From contig CM052816.1 in assembly GCA_028534125.1 (NCBI GenBank), positions 66,156,001 to 66,220,000 of the forward strand: DNA of 64,000 nucleotides, written 5' to 3'. This document shows positions 11,808-24,150 of the stretch, one piece after another (the stretch's first letter is position 1; each line of letters begins with the position of its first letter). The position numbers and the translations under genes are program-made. The stretch is from Lama glama (taxonomy: Eukaryota). The notes below the pieces were generated by a model. The model ran no database searches. It saw only the letters and a program-made list of their open reading frames with translations, and was not told the DNA's origin.

Positions 11808-12699
11808 ATGGCATATAGTAGTGGACAGATCTGAGCCCACATGAGGCGCTTCTTATGTGCAGTTGGATAGAGTTTTCCCCATTGACTCAGTTATAGAAAA
11901 ATACGATTTTCCTCTTTTTATTTTTCTCTCACACCATATATAAATTTCCCTGAATAATTTATTATCTTTAAATCAAATTGTACACAGAATAGCACCCATA
12001 GTTTCCAGCTACTTAAAAGTAAGAAAAAGCCATGTGGAATAAAGTAAATATAGAAAATTTATTGTTATCCTGAACACTGACAAATAATGAAGGTAGAGCG
12101 GGAAAATAATTCAGTTATGCCGTTATCAACATCACCGTTTTCCACTAGTGATACTGCCATGGTGATGGAGGAGCCAGTTAGCAGAGCAAAATCTTTTTCT
12201 CGTGTGCTTGGCTTATTCTGTCACCTGTCATGTTGGAAGAAGCAGCAAGTTGACAGCTCAGCAGTTTTAACACAGAAATCTTAAGTTGATGGATTTTTGC
12301 TTTCTTGAAAACATCTGTCATTGACTAGCCCTTCTTTCTCTGACATCACAATTTTCAAAATAATTTGCCTTTCCTTTCCATCCTCCAACTTTGCTCATTC
12401 TCTCTGGCCTCAGATCTTTGTTAAATGAAATCATCTTCTCATCTTTCATGTTTGTTATTTTCTTATTAGATTTCCGACTCTTTAAGTGTATTATTTAATA
12501 CTTCCCGTGACATCAGTGACTTCACTGCCCCTTTGGACTTTCTTCAGTTTGTCTCTTCTGTTAAAGTACATGACCCTGAAAAGAGGATTTTAGGCCTTTG
12601 TCTGCTGGCAGCTCCCACCAAGAAGTGCTTCACGTTATCCATGTCATTGGAGAGGCCTAGAAATTTGTAGGGGGAGAAAATGAAGCCAGTGTGACCCTA

Positions 12700-13200
12700 C
12701 TGAGTCAAAAAGAAAGGATTAGAACATTCTCTGGGGCTCTAGAAACCTGTTTTATCTCCTGCCTGCTGTCGTGCTCTTCCATTGGTGACAGTGCCTCACT
12801 TTCCTTTGCGGTGGCCCCTCTCCCTCTCTCAGGCTATGTGATCAGGTGGGCCTGACCTCCTCCCCTCTCTAGACGTTGGCGCACGGCTCAGACCTGGCCA
12901 GTGAAGCCCCCGGCCAGAGCTCTCTCCGCACCCGTGTGTGAGGCGTTTCTCCAGCTCAGGTGGCTAAGCCAGTAAGACGTAAGCTGGAGCTGCTACTGTC
13001 TGTCCTGGTCACCAGGGGGGAGCTCACCTTTGGATGAAGCCATAGAGAGAGAGGCAACGCTGAGATGGACTGGGAGTGACTAAGGCCTTATGACCCACTA
13101 GGCTCAAAATCAGTTTTTCGTTACTTGAGAGATTGAAATTCCTAGCGTAAGCCAGTTTGTATTCCTGTCGCTGTGAGCTGAACTAGTCCTGTCTGATATA
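12700..13200 (+). mobile_element. Old MaLR (MLT1-like) LTR
   Basis: Degenerate MLT1-like 3' end (TAAGCCAGTTTG...CTGTCGCTG...CTAGTCCTGTCTGATATA); heavily diverged. Confidence 0.4.
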
Positions 13201-14204
13201 AGTAGCTTTGATTCATTCTTAACTATCCATGGCATGGAAAGTTAAGGAGGAAATGGGGTGCTTCTGAATTTCCCACGTGGGTTTATCACGTAGGAACCCT
13301 AGGAGAGTCTGGCTTTGCCCTGATTACACAGACTTGCGAGCAGTTGAAAGCAGTGGTAAAAGCAATAGCTTTTGGAACAAAGAATACTTGATTTCAAATT
13401 CTCTTTCTGCTGCAGCCTCATAGGACTGGAGGAGCCACCGTGGCGACCTCACCACGGAGTCCTATCTACCGCCACTGAGATCACAGACGGCGCACTCTGT
13501 AGACACACGTGACTCACACAGCCAAACACCCGAATCCAGCCGTGTCACTCCCTTTCTAAAACCCCTAAACAGCTACTCATTGTCCGAAGTTCTAAATAAA
13601 GCTCTTCCCCCTGAGCCGGATAGCCCACTGATGGCCACTGAAAGACAGAGACTTTGTGCACATTGCATAAAGGTATACGGGGAGAGGCTGAGTTACAAAA
13701 AGGCCCTTTCCTGGGTGGATGCAGAAATTTTATGCTGCACCTAGACAACACATCCTTCTTCCGCAGGGCCCCCCTCACCTCCACACGGCACTTTTGTCGC
13801 TTCTCTTAGACAGGGCGCAACCATCCTACCTTCTGGCCATGGAGGACTTCCTCCACCTCTTCAAAAGCCTAGCAGCTTTCCTCATTCTGGCCCTGTTGTT
13901 GAAATCTGTTTTCTCATCTGGAAGCTTTCTCACGTCCTTGATACCTGGAGAACACCTACTTCGGAGGCAGGTGTGAGCGCTTCTCCTAGGACGCCTTCCC
14001 TGACCACGTCTAAGTGCCCCCTTAGCATCCTATACTTAGCTCTCCCATGACAGTCATCAAATATTATTTTTGTTGTGATTTCTTTGCTAAATCAGAGTCA
14101 GGAAGAACTGTGTACATGTATGAGGTGGGGGTGAGGATGGGTTTGTGTGTTTATGGCCTGTAATATAATAGTGGCCAAGAATCGTTGAGTCTTTACTATG
14201 TATC

Positions 14205-14375
14205 TAATGAAAATGCATTAGTTCGTTTAATCCTCAGAACAACTGTATGAGGTAGTACTGTCACTGTCCCTTTTACAGAGGAGGAAATGGAGACAGGAAG
14301 AGGAAGCTGCCCAGATCGCACAGGTGGCTGAGGGGAGAGCTGGGGTTTGAGCCTGGACTGCTCGATGCACAGTGC
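14205..14375 (-). mobile_element. MIR SINE
   Basis: TTTAATCCTCAGAACAACTGTATGAGGTAGTACT...TTTTACAGAGGAGGAAATGGAG, MIR core. Further MIR-like cores near 16820-17010, 17720-17885, 18350-18450, 24770-24930 and 28660-28870. Confidence 0.8.
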
Positions 14376-15134
14376 TCCGAGGGGCCCCCAGGCTCTCACC
14401 GCAGGCTGTGGGCTGGGTGGAGGTTGGGTTGGTGCAGTGCAGTGGTGTAAGATTACCTTGCATTTTTCATCGGTCTTTACCTAATCCCATAGGACAGGAT
14501 GGTGTACGCCAGTAACTACGATGTTTTCTAAGAAGGCATTGACTATCAGTTGGCCCAAACTCCAGGGAAGACCATCCACCGTGGTCAACCTCATCCAGCA
14601 AGACAGTTGCCATCTTTCCCTGAGAACTTCCCCACAGCCTGGTCACAGGGGGGCGCACGAAATGGGGCACAGAGTGCTCACTCTCCTGCAATGTCCTTTC
14701 ATCTCTTCTTACATAGAAACAGAGGCCCTAGCTGGTCACATGGCCAGTGAAGGGCATATAGGTCAGCTTCCCTTGCAGCTTGGTGTGGCCAGGTAATCAC
14801 TTTGTGGCCAACTGGATATGAGAGGAAGTGAGGCATGTAATGTCTAGGTTATGCCTCCATTGTCATGCAGGAAGAAAATATTAGAACAGATAGTATAAAT
14901 TTTATCTAAACATAGTTTTTATGGTTTAACTGATGTTTAATAGAGATTGATAGTAGTACATGTATTTTGATGAAGAGATGTGGGTGTGCATGATCAAAAT
15001 CTTATTATTTATATGGGTGAGAATTTTTTTTTAATTTGGAGTCCACTGGGCTAAGTGACCTCTCATGATGCTTTCCAGTGATTTTTTTAAACCAGATTTC
15101 TCATCAGAGCCGAGATGGGCAGAGAGCTTAGTAG

Positions 15135-15149
15135 AGTGCCATCTGGTGG
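15135..15149 (-). promoter_or_regulatory. CTCF-like motif
   Basis: Minus strand reads CCACCAGATGGCACT, a close match to the CTCF core motif; occupancy unknown. Confidence 0.55.
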
Positions 15150-17575
15150 TGACTCCTTCAAACTGCAGTGTCAGTCTCATTGTCCTGGGGCTCGCGTCTG
15201 TCGGCTGTAGGCAGGTCTCCCTTGCAGTCTGAGGAGAGGGTTCCAAGGAAGAAGCAAGTGAAACCTGTCTGGGCCAAGGAAACAAAAGTATGGAGGAGGC
15301 ATAGACACACAGGAGAGAGGACAGAGAGAAGAGGGAGGCAGGTGGATACAGAGGGACGACAATAAAAATCTGTACTTAAAAGACACAGTGTGACTAAGAC
15401 AGAAACATGTTGCCAAAAGGATCATGCCCCCTGGGTTCTACTTACCCAGGTTCATCATCAAACACCAAGAGGCCAGGATGGAGGGCGCCTGAGCGCTCCT
15501 CTTTCTCTGGGGCCAGGTGTCATCACAGAATAGAGAGACCTTAAAGCTAAACGTTTTTATCAGCTCCCTGATTAAAAAAAAATTATCTTCCAAAAACAAA
15601 CGCTTGGTACCTATCCACAGAGAGCAGAGCCTGAAGTCCTCTCCTCTGCCTGAGGAATGACGTGCTGTTTCCTGCTCTTGATCCTCCTCCTCCTTGACCC
15701 ACCACCCCTCTGGGGGAGTTCTGGCCGCGAGAACGTTAGAACAGACAGCGTTTTTCCTGGCAGCGCAAGGTCACTGGCTATAACGCCAGAGGAGGCTGCT
15801 CCTTGGGAAAATGGGACCGAACAATGACAATTACTTCCCCACAGATGCCCGTGTCCTTTATCTGCCCGCTGTGGAGGGAAACAGCAAAGATGACATTTGA
15901 ATCGTCCTGGGATGAGGTGTCAGGACTGTCTGGTTTTGATGAGGATGCACTGGAGAACCAAGAGCGGATGGCTTCTCACTACAAGTGTCCCCTCCTCTTT
16001 ATAGCACAGAGGGATAAAATAAGCCACGAAGAACAGGCGAAGGAATGCAGGCAGGGAAAGAAGGGAAGTTATGTCTGAGGGAGGAAGGGCAGGTGGGAGG
16101 GATCCGCACAGCAGGAGTTCCCTGTTTTCAGAGGCAGAGAATTTCATCAGAATAACAAGTAGGGGTGGGGAGGGCCCAGCAGAAACAGTCACCTTCAGAA
16201 CAAAGAGACAACAAAGATTTTAGGATGTCAGGCTTCTGTGGTGGTCCCGTGGGAGTCTGCAGGCGAACAGAGGCAGCAGGTTGGCAATTTGGTCTTAAAA
16301 AAAAAAAGAGGAGCTGGTCAGGAGCAGGTGCTGGGGGTTCCCACCCAGAGTGTCCAGATAAGATTCTTCAGTGACTCACCTTTTGGGAGTCACCAAAGGG
16401 GGTGGGTTAAAGCTGGCTGAAATGTGCTAACAGAGCCTCCTGCGTGTCACGTGACGGAGGGCTACTGGCTCTGCTGAGTGTGGGTGGGAGGCAAGACGAG
16501 GTCAAGGTGACCCCAAGGGTCTGCTCACTGAGCTTTACCATAGTCGCCTTTAATGGGAGACAGTGATGTGGGGGGAAGGAGTCAGGATCTGGATCTGGGG
16601 GACCACCTCTCTCGTTAGCTTCGTAACCCCATATGTGTCGCATATGTTCTCTAGCCTGATCTGCCTGATTTCTTTATCTGCAAAGTGGGTATACTAGTCC
16701 TGGTTTCACCACTCATTTTTCCTGATAGATTTATACAGCAGCAACCAAATGCCCATCACTCTGTTCCACACTCTGACTGTAAAGTGAATCGGCCCTGCCC
16801 TGTGTCCAGTGCTCCCCCGGCATCACGCACTTTAAATGTATCACCCACCGCCACAGCCCTCAGCAGTCGTGTTATCATCACCTCTATTTAACAGGTGAAG
16901 AAGCTGAGCAGGTGGTTAAATGCCATGCCAGGGGCACACAGTGGCCAGGAATGGGAGAGTCTGGGTTCAAACCCAGCAGCTGGCACCAGAGTCCAAGCTC
17001 CCACCCTCTGCTCTGCTTCGTGGTAATCACAGGCTTGTCATTTCATCTGCAGGAGGGAGGTGCTTGACTGTCTGTCCCCTGAGGTTGCCTCCAGGCCTCG
17101 GCTTCAGGAGCCCATCATGCAGTGCCTCAGGGTTAGCAAGAGCTGCCTGCAGCCGGGCGTAGCCACTGCATTCTGCGCAGAGTGTGGGAGCAGACATCCT
17201 CCCCAGTTTCCTGCCACTTTCCAGGCTCTCGGCTGGTCCTCCTTTGTCGTGGCTGGGAGTGGACACAAAAACAGTGTTGATCTGAGCACAGAAGTGAGTT
17301 GTCATAGCTTTTCTGAGAAGGCAGGACTGCCTAGGAGAATCTAACATACTTTTTTTTAAAACTGTGCTCAATTTAATCTCATTTTACTAAAACTATGGTT
17401 AAAGGGCTGACGCAATTATATATTCTGGTTGCCCTGAAATCCAGGTCAATAAACTACTAGTAGAGACAAAAATGATAAAGTCCAACGTTGATGGTTTTGT
17501 CTTTTTCAGAGCTGGTTAAACGTGCCCTAGAACCCGGCTGGGCTGCCGGCCTCCACCACTCCCGTCCGGCCAGGG

Positions 17576-17590
17576 AGCTCCCTCTAGTGG
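17576..17590 (-). promoter_or_regulatory. CTCF-like motif
   Basis: Minus strand reads CCACTAGAGGGAGCT in a GC/CpG-rich patch. Confidence 0.55.
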
Positions 17591-19630
17591 CTATTCTGAG
17601 CAGGTTCTTTTCATTTCCAGCCCACCAAGTTTAGAAACAGGTAATTCCAAAGACAACTGGAGAAGTTCCTAGATCTCTTTTAATTCTTTTGTTGATAATG
17701 ATAGTTGCTGACTTTTTTGAACACTTGACATCTACCAGATCCTAGATGTATTAATTCTCACAATGGTCTCCCGTTTTATGAATGAGGAAATGGAGGCACA
17801 GAGAAGTTACTATTGTCTCAAGATCACGCAGAGGAGTCGTGGAGCAGGATGACAATGAACAGCCATATTCCAAAGCCCAGCCCTGCCCTCTCCTCCCTTC
17901 CTGAGCCGTGTAGGGCCCAGAATACCAGTGTTGCCGCATCCGCGACTTGGCCTTAAGCAGAGGGACACTCAACGGATTCTGTAATTAGTACTTGGATTTC
18001 TTTGTGAATCATCACTTTAAACAAACTTGTAGCCTCATTGGCTGTTAAAAGATGGTTTACTTTACAAGGAAAGCTCCCTGGGCAAGGTTCTGCGCTGGAT
18101 TTTGCTACTGTAGCAAAAAGCACTTTACACTTAAAGTATCTTGTATTCTTCAGTTTCCTCAGGTCTAATATGTAAATAGCACATTATCCCTACTTTTCCC
18201 CCCTACAGATCATAAGTTCTATAGACAAACTTAATGGATCATTTGGTTTTTGAAAGACCTTCTATTAAATAAGAACCAGAAGCTACTTTTCCCTCTGTTA
18301 TTTGGAAAGTTAGATTCCTGAGATCTGAAAGTGTGCTGTTTGGAAGCCACAAAGAATCAGGCTTGCATCTGACTGTTTGTTAGCAGCAGTCTGACCTGGG
18401 CAGGCACTTAAAAGTCCTGGACTCCAGTTTCCTTATCTATAAAATGAACTCAACTAGGTGAATTTGAACCTTCCTGTTAGCTGAAATATTAGGTGTTGGT
18501 GGGTTATAAGAGTAAAGATACTAAAAAATACCATAATGATGAAAAAGTGTTGATAACTTGTTTCATGCAGGTGAGCACCACCTGCTTTCCTAGAGCTGGG
18601 TAAGATAAACTTGTTATCTAGCTCCCTATATGAAATGAGCTGGTTGGCTTGGGGTCCTCAGTAAGGGATCTCAAGGTGAAGATGAAACCCCCCATCCGGT
18701 CTCTGAGCAGTTCACATGAACACAAATAAATTAGGATACATTTCCATTCTTTGGCTAAAACTCTGATATGCACATGGTCACACACTTTCTTCTGTTATTT
18801 GTATATCATAGAAACCCACAGCATATGGGTAATAATGTAGGTGACCAAGCTATTTAAAAGGAGTTTTCTCCTTTTTCTTAATTTGAGACACAGTCAGCCT
18901 CCTCTGAAAAGCACCAAAGCCCAGGCTCAGAGCTGTGCACTGTCTGGATCCGCCTCAGTAGAGTGTGGGTGAGCGCGAGATATCAGGAATAGAGCTGCTT
19001 CTGAAACCACTACAGAAGGGGTCAGGCCAGGGCCGAAGGGAAGAAGAGGAGGATATTTGGATCTGGGCCTCCTGGAGACCATGTAGTAAGCAATTCTATT
19101 TTCCTGATTCCCAAGTGATCCGTTTCTACAAGGATTATTTTTTAAGTTGAGTTACATCAGATCAATTTTAATGACTGGAATCAAAGGAAGCATTTTCTGG
19201 TGCAGGAACAGGAAGCATAAAGTCAGGCTTAACCTGTGGTTGGAAGATGGGGGAGAATCAGCCAGAAGTCAAATGTTCAGGTGTCCAGGAGAGGGTGGCA
19301 TCACTCAGGGTTTTCAGTTGCCAACACCAGAACTCAGCTTTGGCTTAGAATTCTTGCAAGGGCTGAAAATGCAGGCTTTGAGCCTAGACAGCCGGGAACT
19401 GGCCATGCCTGCAGGCTCCCTCCCCAGGATGATTCCACCTGGCTCATCACTTTGCTTTTGCTTTTGCTTTCCCATCTTCAGATTCAAACTCTCGCGTGGA
19501 TGCCCCCAGACGGCGGAGTCCAGGTCCCAAGCCTGTACCCTAGTTGCAAGGGAAGCTGGGAAAGTGAGCACTGGGCCTCTGTAAAGAAAGCTGTCTTTCT
19601 CCTAGGGGGTGAGGGATTCTCCAAACCAAA

Positions 19631-20080
19631 TGTATTAGGTTCTTGGCATGCTCAGCTGAGATGATTCAAGAATTTCATGAAAAACTACTTTAATTGTAAA
19701 GATGTGGAGAACAATAGGGAAGACCAACAAATTCTCCGGGGCCATCAACAGTCAGAAGCCATTATCACCCTCAGACCTGAAAGGATAGGGAGCTACCAGT
19801 GCAATGTGGTAAATCTGTAGCTGCAGGAGTTGTGGCTTCATGACGAGGAAGGCAGCCATGATTGGCTTGTGTCCTGGCATCTGGGGAGCTGGGGCAATAC
19901 ATACCCTGATTCGTCTCCATTTTTCAGTCTTCCGTTGGCACCTCCCATTGACTGAACACACCAGGAAGCTAGCAGTCCAGAGAACCCATGGTGCAGTCCT
20001 TGGAGGTCTGCCTTTCAAGCACAGAGCCAGGTGAAGAGAGGTAGATTGGATGGGAGGAGCAAATGGAGACTATCCGACAC
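19631..20080 (-). mobile_element. Old MaLR (MLT1-like) LTR
   Basis: Starts TGTATTAGG, contains CCTCCCATTGACTGAACACACCAGGAAGCTAGCAG and ends GGAGCAAATGGAGACTATCCGACAC, like old MLT1 subfamilies. Confidence 0.55.
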
Positions 20081-20194
20081 TTAGGAAGGGAAGTCAAAGG
20101 AGGAGGCCGCCTCACTGTCATTAAAAAAAAAAGAAAAAAAAAGTGTTCCCTACAAAGTTGAGGGAAAGGGGCTCAAATAGAAACTCACATAGTG

Positions 20195-21865
20195 CTAATG
20201 CCAGCAAGCAGATCTGATTTTACCTCTTCCTTCCCAATTTGGATGCCTTTTATTTCTTTTTCTTGCCTGATTCCTGTGGCTAGGACTTCCAGTACTGTGC
20301 TGAATTGAAGTGGGGAGAGTGGACAGCCTTGTCTTGTTCTCAATCTTAGAGAAAATGCTTTTTACTTTTCACCATTGAGTATGATATTAACTGTGAGCAT
20401 CTCACATATGACCTTTATTATGTTGAGCTATATTCCTTCTGTATGTAATTTGTGAGAGTTTTCATCATGAAAGATACTGAATTTTGACAAATAATTTTTA
20501 TGCATCTACTGAAATGATAATATGATGTTTATCCTTCAGTCTATTAAAACAATACATCACATTTAGTGATTTGCATATGTTGAAACATCCTTGCATCCCA
20601 GGGATAAATCTCACTTGATCATGCTACGTGATCCTTTTAATGTGCTCTTGATTTCAGTTTGCTAGTATTTTGTTGAGGATTTTTGTATCTGTGTTCATCA
20701 GGGATATTGGCCCATAATTTTCTTTTCTTGTAGTGTCTTTGTCTGGCTTTGGGATCAGGGTAATTCTGGCTGCATTGACTTGAGTTTAGAAGTGTTTCTT
20801 CCTCTTAGGCTTTTTGGTAATGTTTGAGAATTATCAGTGGTCATTCTTTAAATGTTTGGTAGAGTTCACCAGTGAAGCCATCTGGTCCTGAACTTTTATT
20901 TTGGGAGAGATTTTTTATTATTGATTAAATCTCATTGCTCATTATTGATCTGTTCAGATTTTCTATTACTTCATGATTCAGTCTTGGTATGTGGCATGTT
21001 TCTAGGAAATTATCCATTTCCTCTAAGTCATCTAACTTGTATAATTGTTCAATGAGTCTCTTACGATCTTATGTATTTTGTGGTATCAGTTGTAACGTCT
21101 CCTCTTTCACTTATAAGTTAATGAGTCTTCTCCCTTTTTCCTTATTTAATCTAGATAAAGGTTTATCCATTTTGTTTATCTTTTCAAAAAGCCAACTCAA
21201 TTTATTTTATCTTTTCCGTTGTCTCTCCAGCCTCTAGCTAATTTCCTCCTGCCAACTTTGGGCTTAGCTTGTTCTTTTTTTCTGATTCCTAAAGGCTTAA
21301 ATTTAGGTTGTTTAGCTGAGATTTTTCTTTCTTAATGTAGGCATTTATCATTATAAACTTTTCTCTTAGAACTGCCTTTGCAGCATCCCATAAGTTTAGT
21401 ATGTTGTATTTTCATTTTTGATTGTCTCTATTTTTTTTAATTTCCTTTTTAAGGACCTCTTTGACCCCATTGGTTGTTCAAGAATGTGCTGTTCAATTTC
21501 CACATTTTGGTGAATTTTCCAGCTTTCCTCCTATTATTGATTTCTGGTTTCATACCATTGTGTTTGGAAAAGATACTTGATATTGCTTCTATTTTCTTAA
21601 ATTTGTTAAAATGTATTTTGTGAGCTAACATCTTGTCTGTCCTGGAGAACGTTCTGTGTGGCATTTGAGATGAATGTATATAGTACTGTTGGGTGCAATG
21701 CTCTGTACATGTCTGTTAGGTCCATGTAGTATAAAGTGTAGTTCAAGTCCATTATTTCCGTGTTGATTTTCTGTCTGGATGATCTACCCATTGTTGAAAG
21801 TGGGGTACTGATGTCCCCTATTCTTATTGCTCTGCTTTCTGCCTTCAGATCTGTTGACTTTGAAT
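20195..21865 (-). mobile_element. L1 ORF2 fragment (endonuclease to RT region), degraded
   Basis: ORFs 21606-21890 (IGDISTPLSTMGRSSRQKIN...DLTDMYRALHPT) and 21449-21664 (KIEAISSIFSKHNGMK) are L1 endonuclease remnants. Confidence 0.9.
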
Positions 21866-23045
21866 GTCTGGTAGAGAGCTCCAGAGTCATTCTGAGCCCT
21901 GAGGATGCATGAGTTGGAAAGGGACCCTACCATAAGATGCTCTGAAAGGAGAACTCATCATCTTGAGTGGAGCTGGATGTCAGTCCAGAGTCATTCCAAA
22001 TGTCCTAATGACAAGTGAATGGGGCCTAGATCAAGGAAGCAGCAATGAAAATGGACTGAAAGGCTGGATTTTAAAAGCTGTGGATTCGTGGCCACCAGTC
22101 ATATGTGCCACCTCCTTAGTGAATAGTAACTTAGCAGGAAAAGGGTCAGAAAAAAATTGAGATGTCTAAGGCCTCAGCACTTTGTAGCTAGGAGAATTTT
22201 GATGTCATTAATAGAAAGAGGTCAAGAAGAAAACTGAAAAAGGTGTGCTGATAGTTATTGTTGAGGTTACAAATGTAATCTTCTGCAGAAAGATGCATAG
22301 TTCCTGCTTCTAGGAAAGATAGGGTACACACATACATAACTGGGCAAAGAATTTGGAGATGGTAAGTGCCATCTGAGTGGTACCCAAAGAGATGCTATGG
22401 AAATCTAGAGGAGATGAAATGCTTTACTTCAGGGAGAGTCAAGGAAGGCTGACATAGGGAGCCAATTGGTCATATGTAATAAAACTGAAAGTTACATATA
22501 GTCAACAACCTGCAATTTCACTTATAATTTTACGCTTTAGAGAAAAATCACTTTTATGTATATATGGATACATATACAAGAAAATGTAATGAGCAAAACT
22601 GAAATCTCTGTAAATGTCCATCTACAGGAGAATTGATAAAACATAGTGTTTCACACAATAGAATGCTATATACCTATTAAATTAAATTAAGTAGCACCAC
22701 ATGTGTTAACATGGGTATATCATAAACATATTAATAATGAGAGAATAGAGTAGATTTGCCAAGATCCCATCAGAAAACGTAAGATTCTGATGTCTGATGG
22801 AATTTAACTGAAGATAATTCAATGAAGAGACTGTATTCAGAGGTGTGGATGGGTAAATGGAATCAGAGGGTTGGTAAAACACTCGGGAAGTCGTAACAAA
22901 GGGAAGCTTTTACCACTTCTAGACTTGAAGTGATGAAGCGAGTTTATGGTGCCTGGTTAGAGATGAAGCCATAGAAGAGAGCCTGCTGGGAGGGCTCTGC
23001 CAGATAAGCAGCCAGACAGGGAGATAGCAGAGGGGAGAGATATCT

Positions 23046-23522
23046 TGTATGTATGAGGGTCCTATAGCTGCTGTAACAAAGCTCCAGAAACTTAATGGCT
23101 TAAAACTTAAAATTTATTACAGTAATGATGCTGGAGTTTGGAAGTCCAGGTTGGGTTTTACTAGGCTGCAATCCAGGCATCAGCAAGACTGCATTCCCTT
23201 TAGAAGTTGTAGAGGACGCTATATTCTCTTGCCTTTTTCAGGTTCTAGAAGCTGCCTTCATTCCTTGGCTTGTGGTCCTTTCTTCCATCTCCAAAGCCAC
23301 CAGTGTGGCATCTTCCAGTCCCTTGCTCTCACTCTCTCTCTAAATCTGACCCCTTTGCCTTCCTATTATAAGGACCTTTGAGGTTTCATTGCGCTCACCC
23401 AGGGAATCCAAAATAATCTTCCTATCTCAAGATCCTTAAATAATCACATTTGTCCCCTTTGCCATATAAAGTAACATATTCACAGGTCCGGAGGACACCT
23501 TTGGGGTGATTATTTCTGCCCA
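23046..23522 (-). mobile_element. MLT1C/D-like LTR nested in an older MaLR LTR (~22760-23705), itself in L1ME-like sequence
   Basis: TGTATG...GCTGCTGTAACAAAG...AATAATCTTCCTATCTCAAGATCCTTAA...GCCATATAAAGTAACATATTCACAGG; the older LTR resumes with CTTCCCAATGGACAAATCCAACCAGCAGCAGAGGGCAAGG. Confidence 0.8.
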
Positions 23523-23835
23523 ATATTTTATACTTTCTCTTCTGCCACTCTGCAATCTCCTGTTGTTGCTTCCCAATGGACAAATCCAACCAGCAGCAGA
23601 GGGCAAGGAAGCCTGGGGATGCAATCCATTGCTGTCACTTTTCTGGTCACCGTCATGGAGAAGGACAGAGAATAGACTGGGGGTGGGGCATTGGTGACTA
23701 ACTACAGAGAAAAAAGCTAGTAATTTAGTGAAATGTATAGAATGATATCACTTATACAAATTGGAAAACCTATAGAACATTAAAACAACGCTACATGCTG
23801 TCAATGGTCATACACATAGGTGGTAATAATATTTT

Positions 23836-24150
23836 TAAGATAATCTTTTCATGGTAGAATAAAATTAGATTTACCAAAAAATTATGAGAATGGTACAGTT
23901 AGTTCCCATAAATAGATATCCAGTTTCCCCTGTTATTAACATCTTACATAATATGGAACATTTGTCACAAATAATGAATGGCTACTGATGCATTGTTATT
24001 AACTAAAGTCTGTGGTTTATTGAGATTTCTTTGTTATTCCCTAATGTCCTTTCCCTGCTTCAGGATCCATCTAGGACCTCACATGACGTTTAGTCATATC
24101 TCCTTAGCTCTGACAGCATCTCGGACTTCCCTCATTTTTGATCAACGATA
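23836..24150 (-). mobile_element. L1MC-like 3' end
   Basis: CAGTTTCCCCTGTTATTAACATCTTACAT...ACATTTGTCACAA...TTATTAACTAAAGTC, antisense L1MC 3' UTR. Confidence 0.75.
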
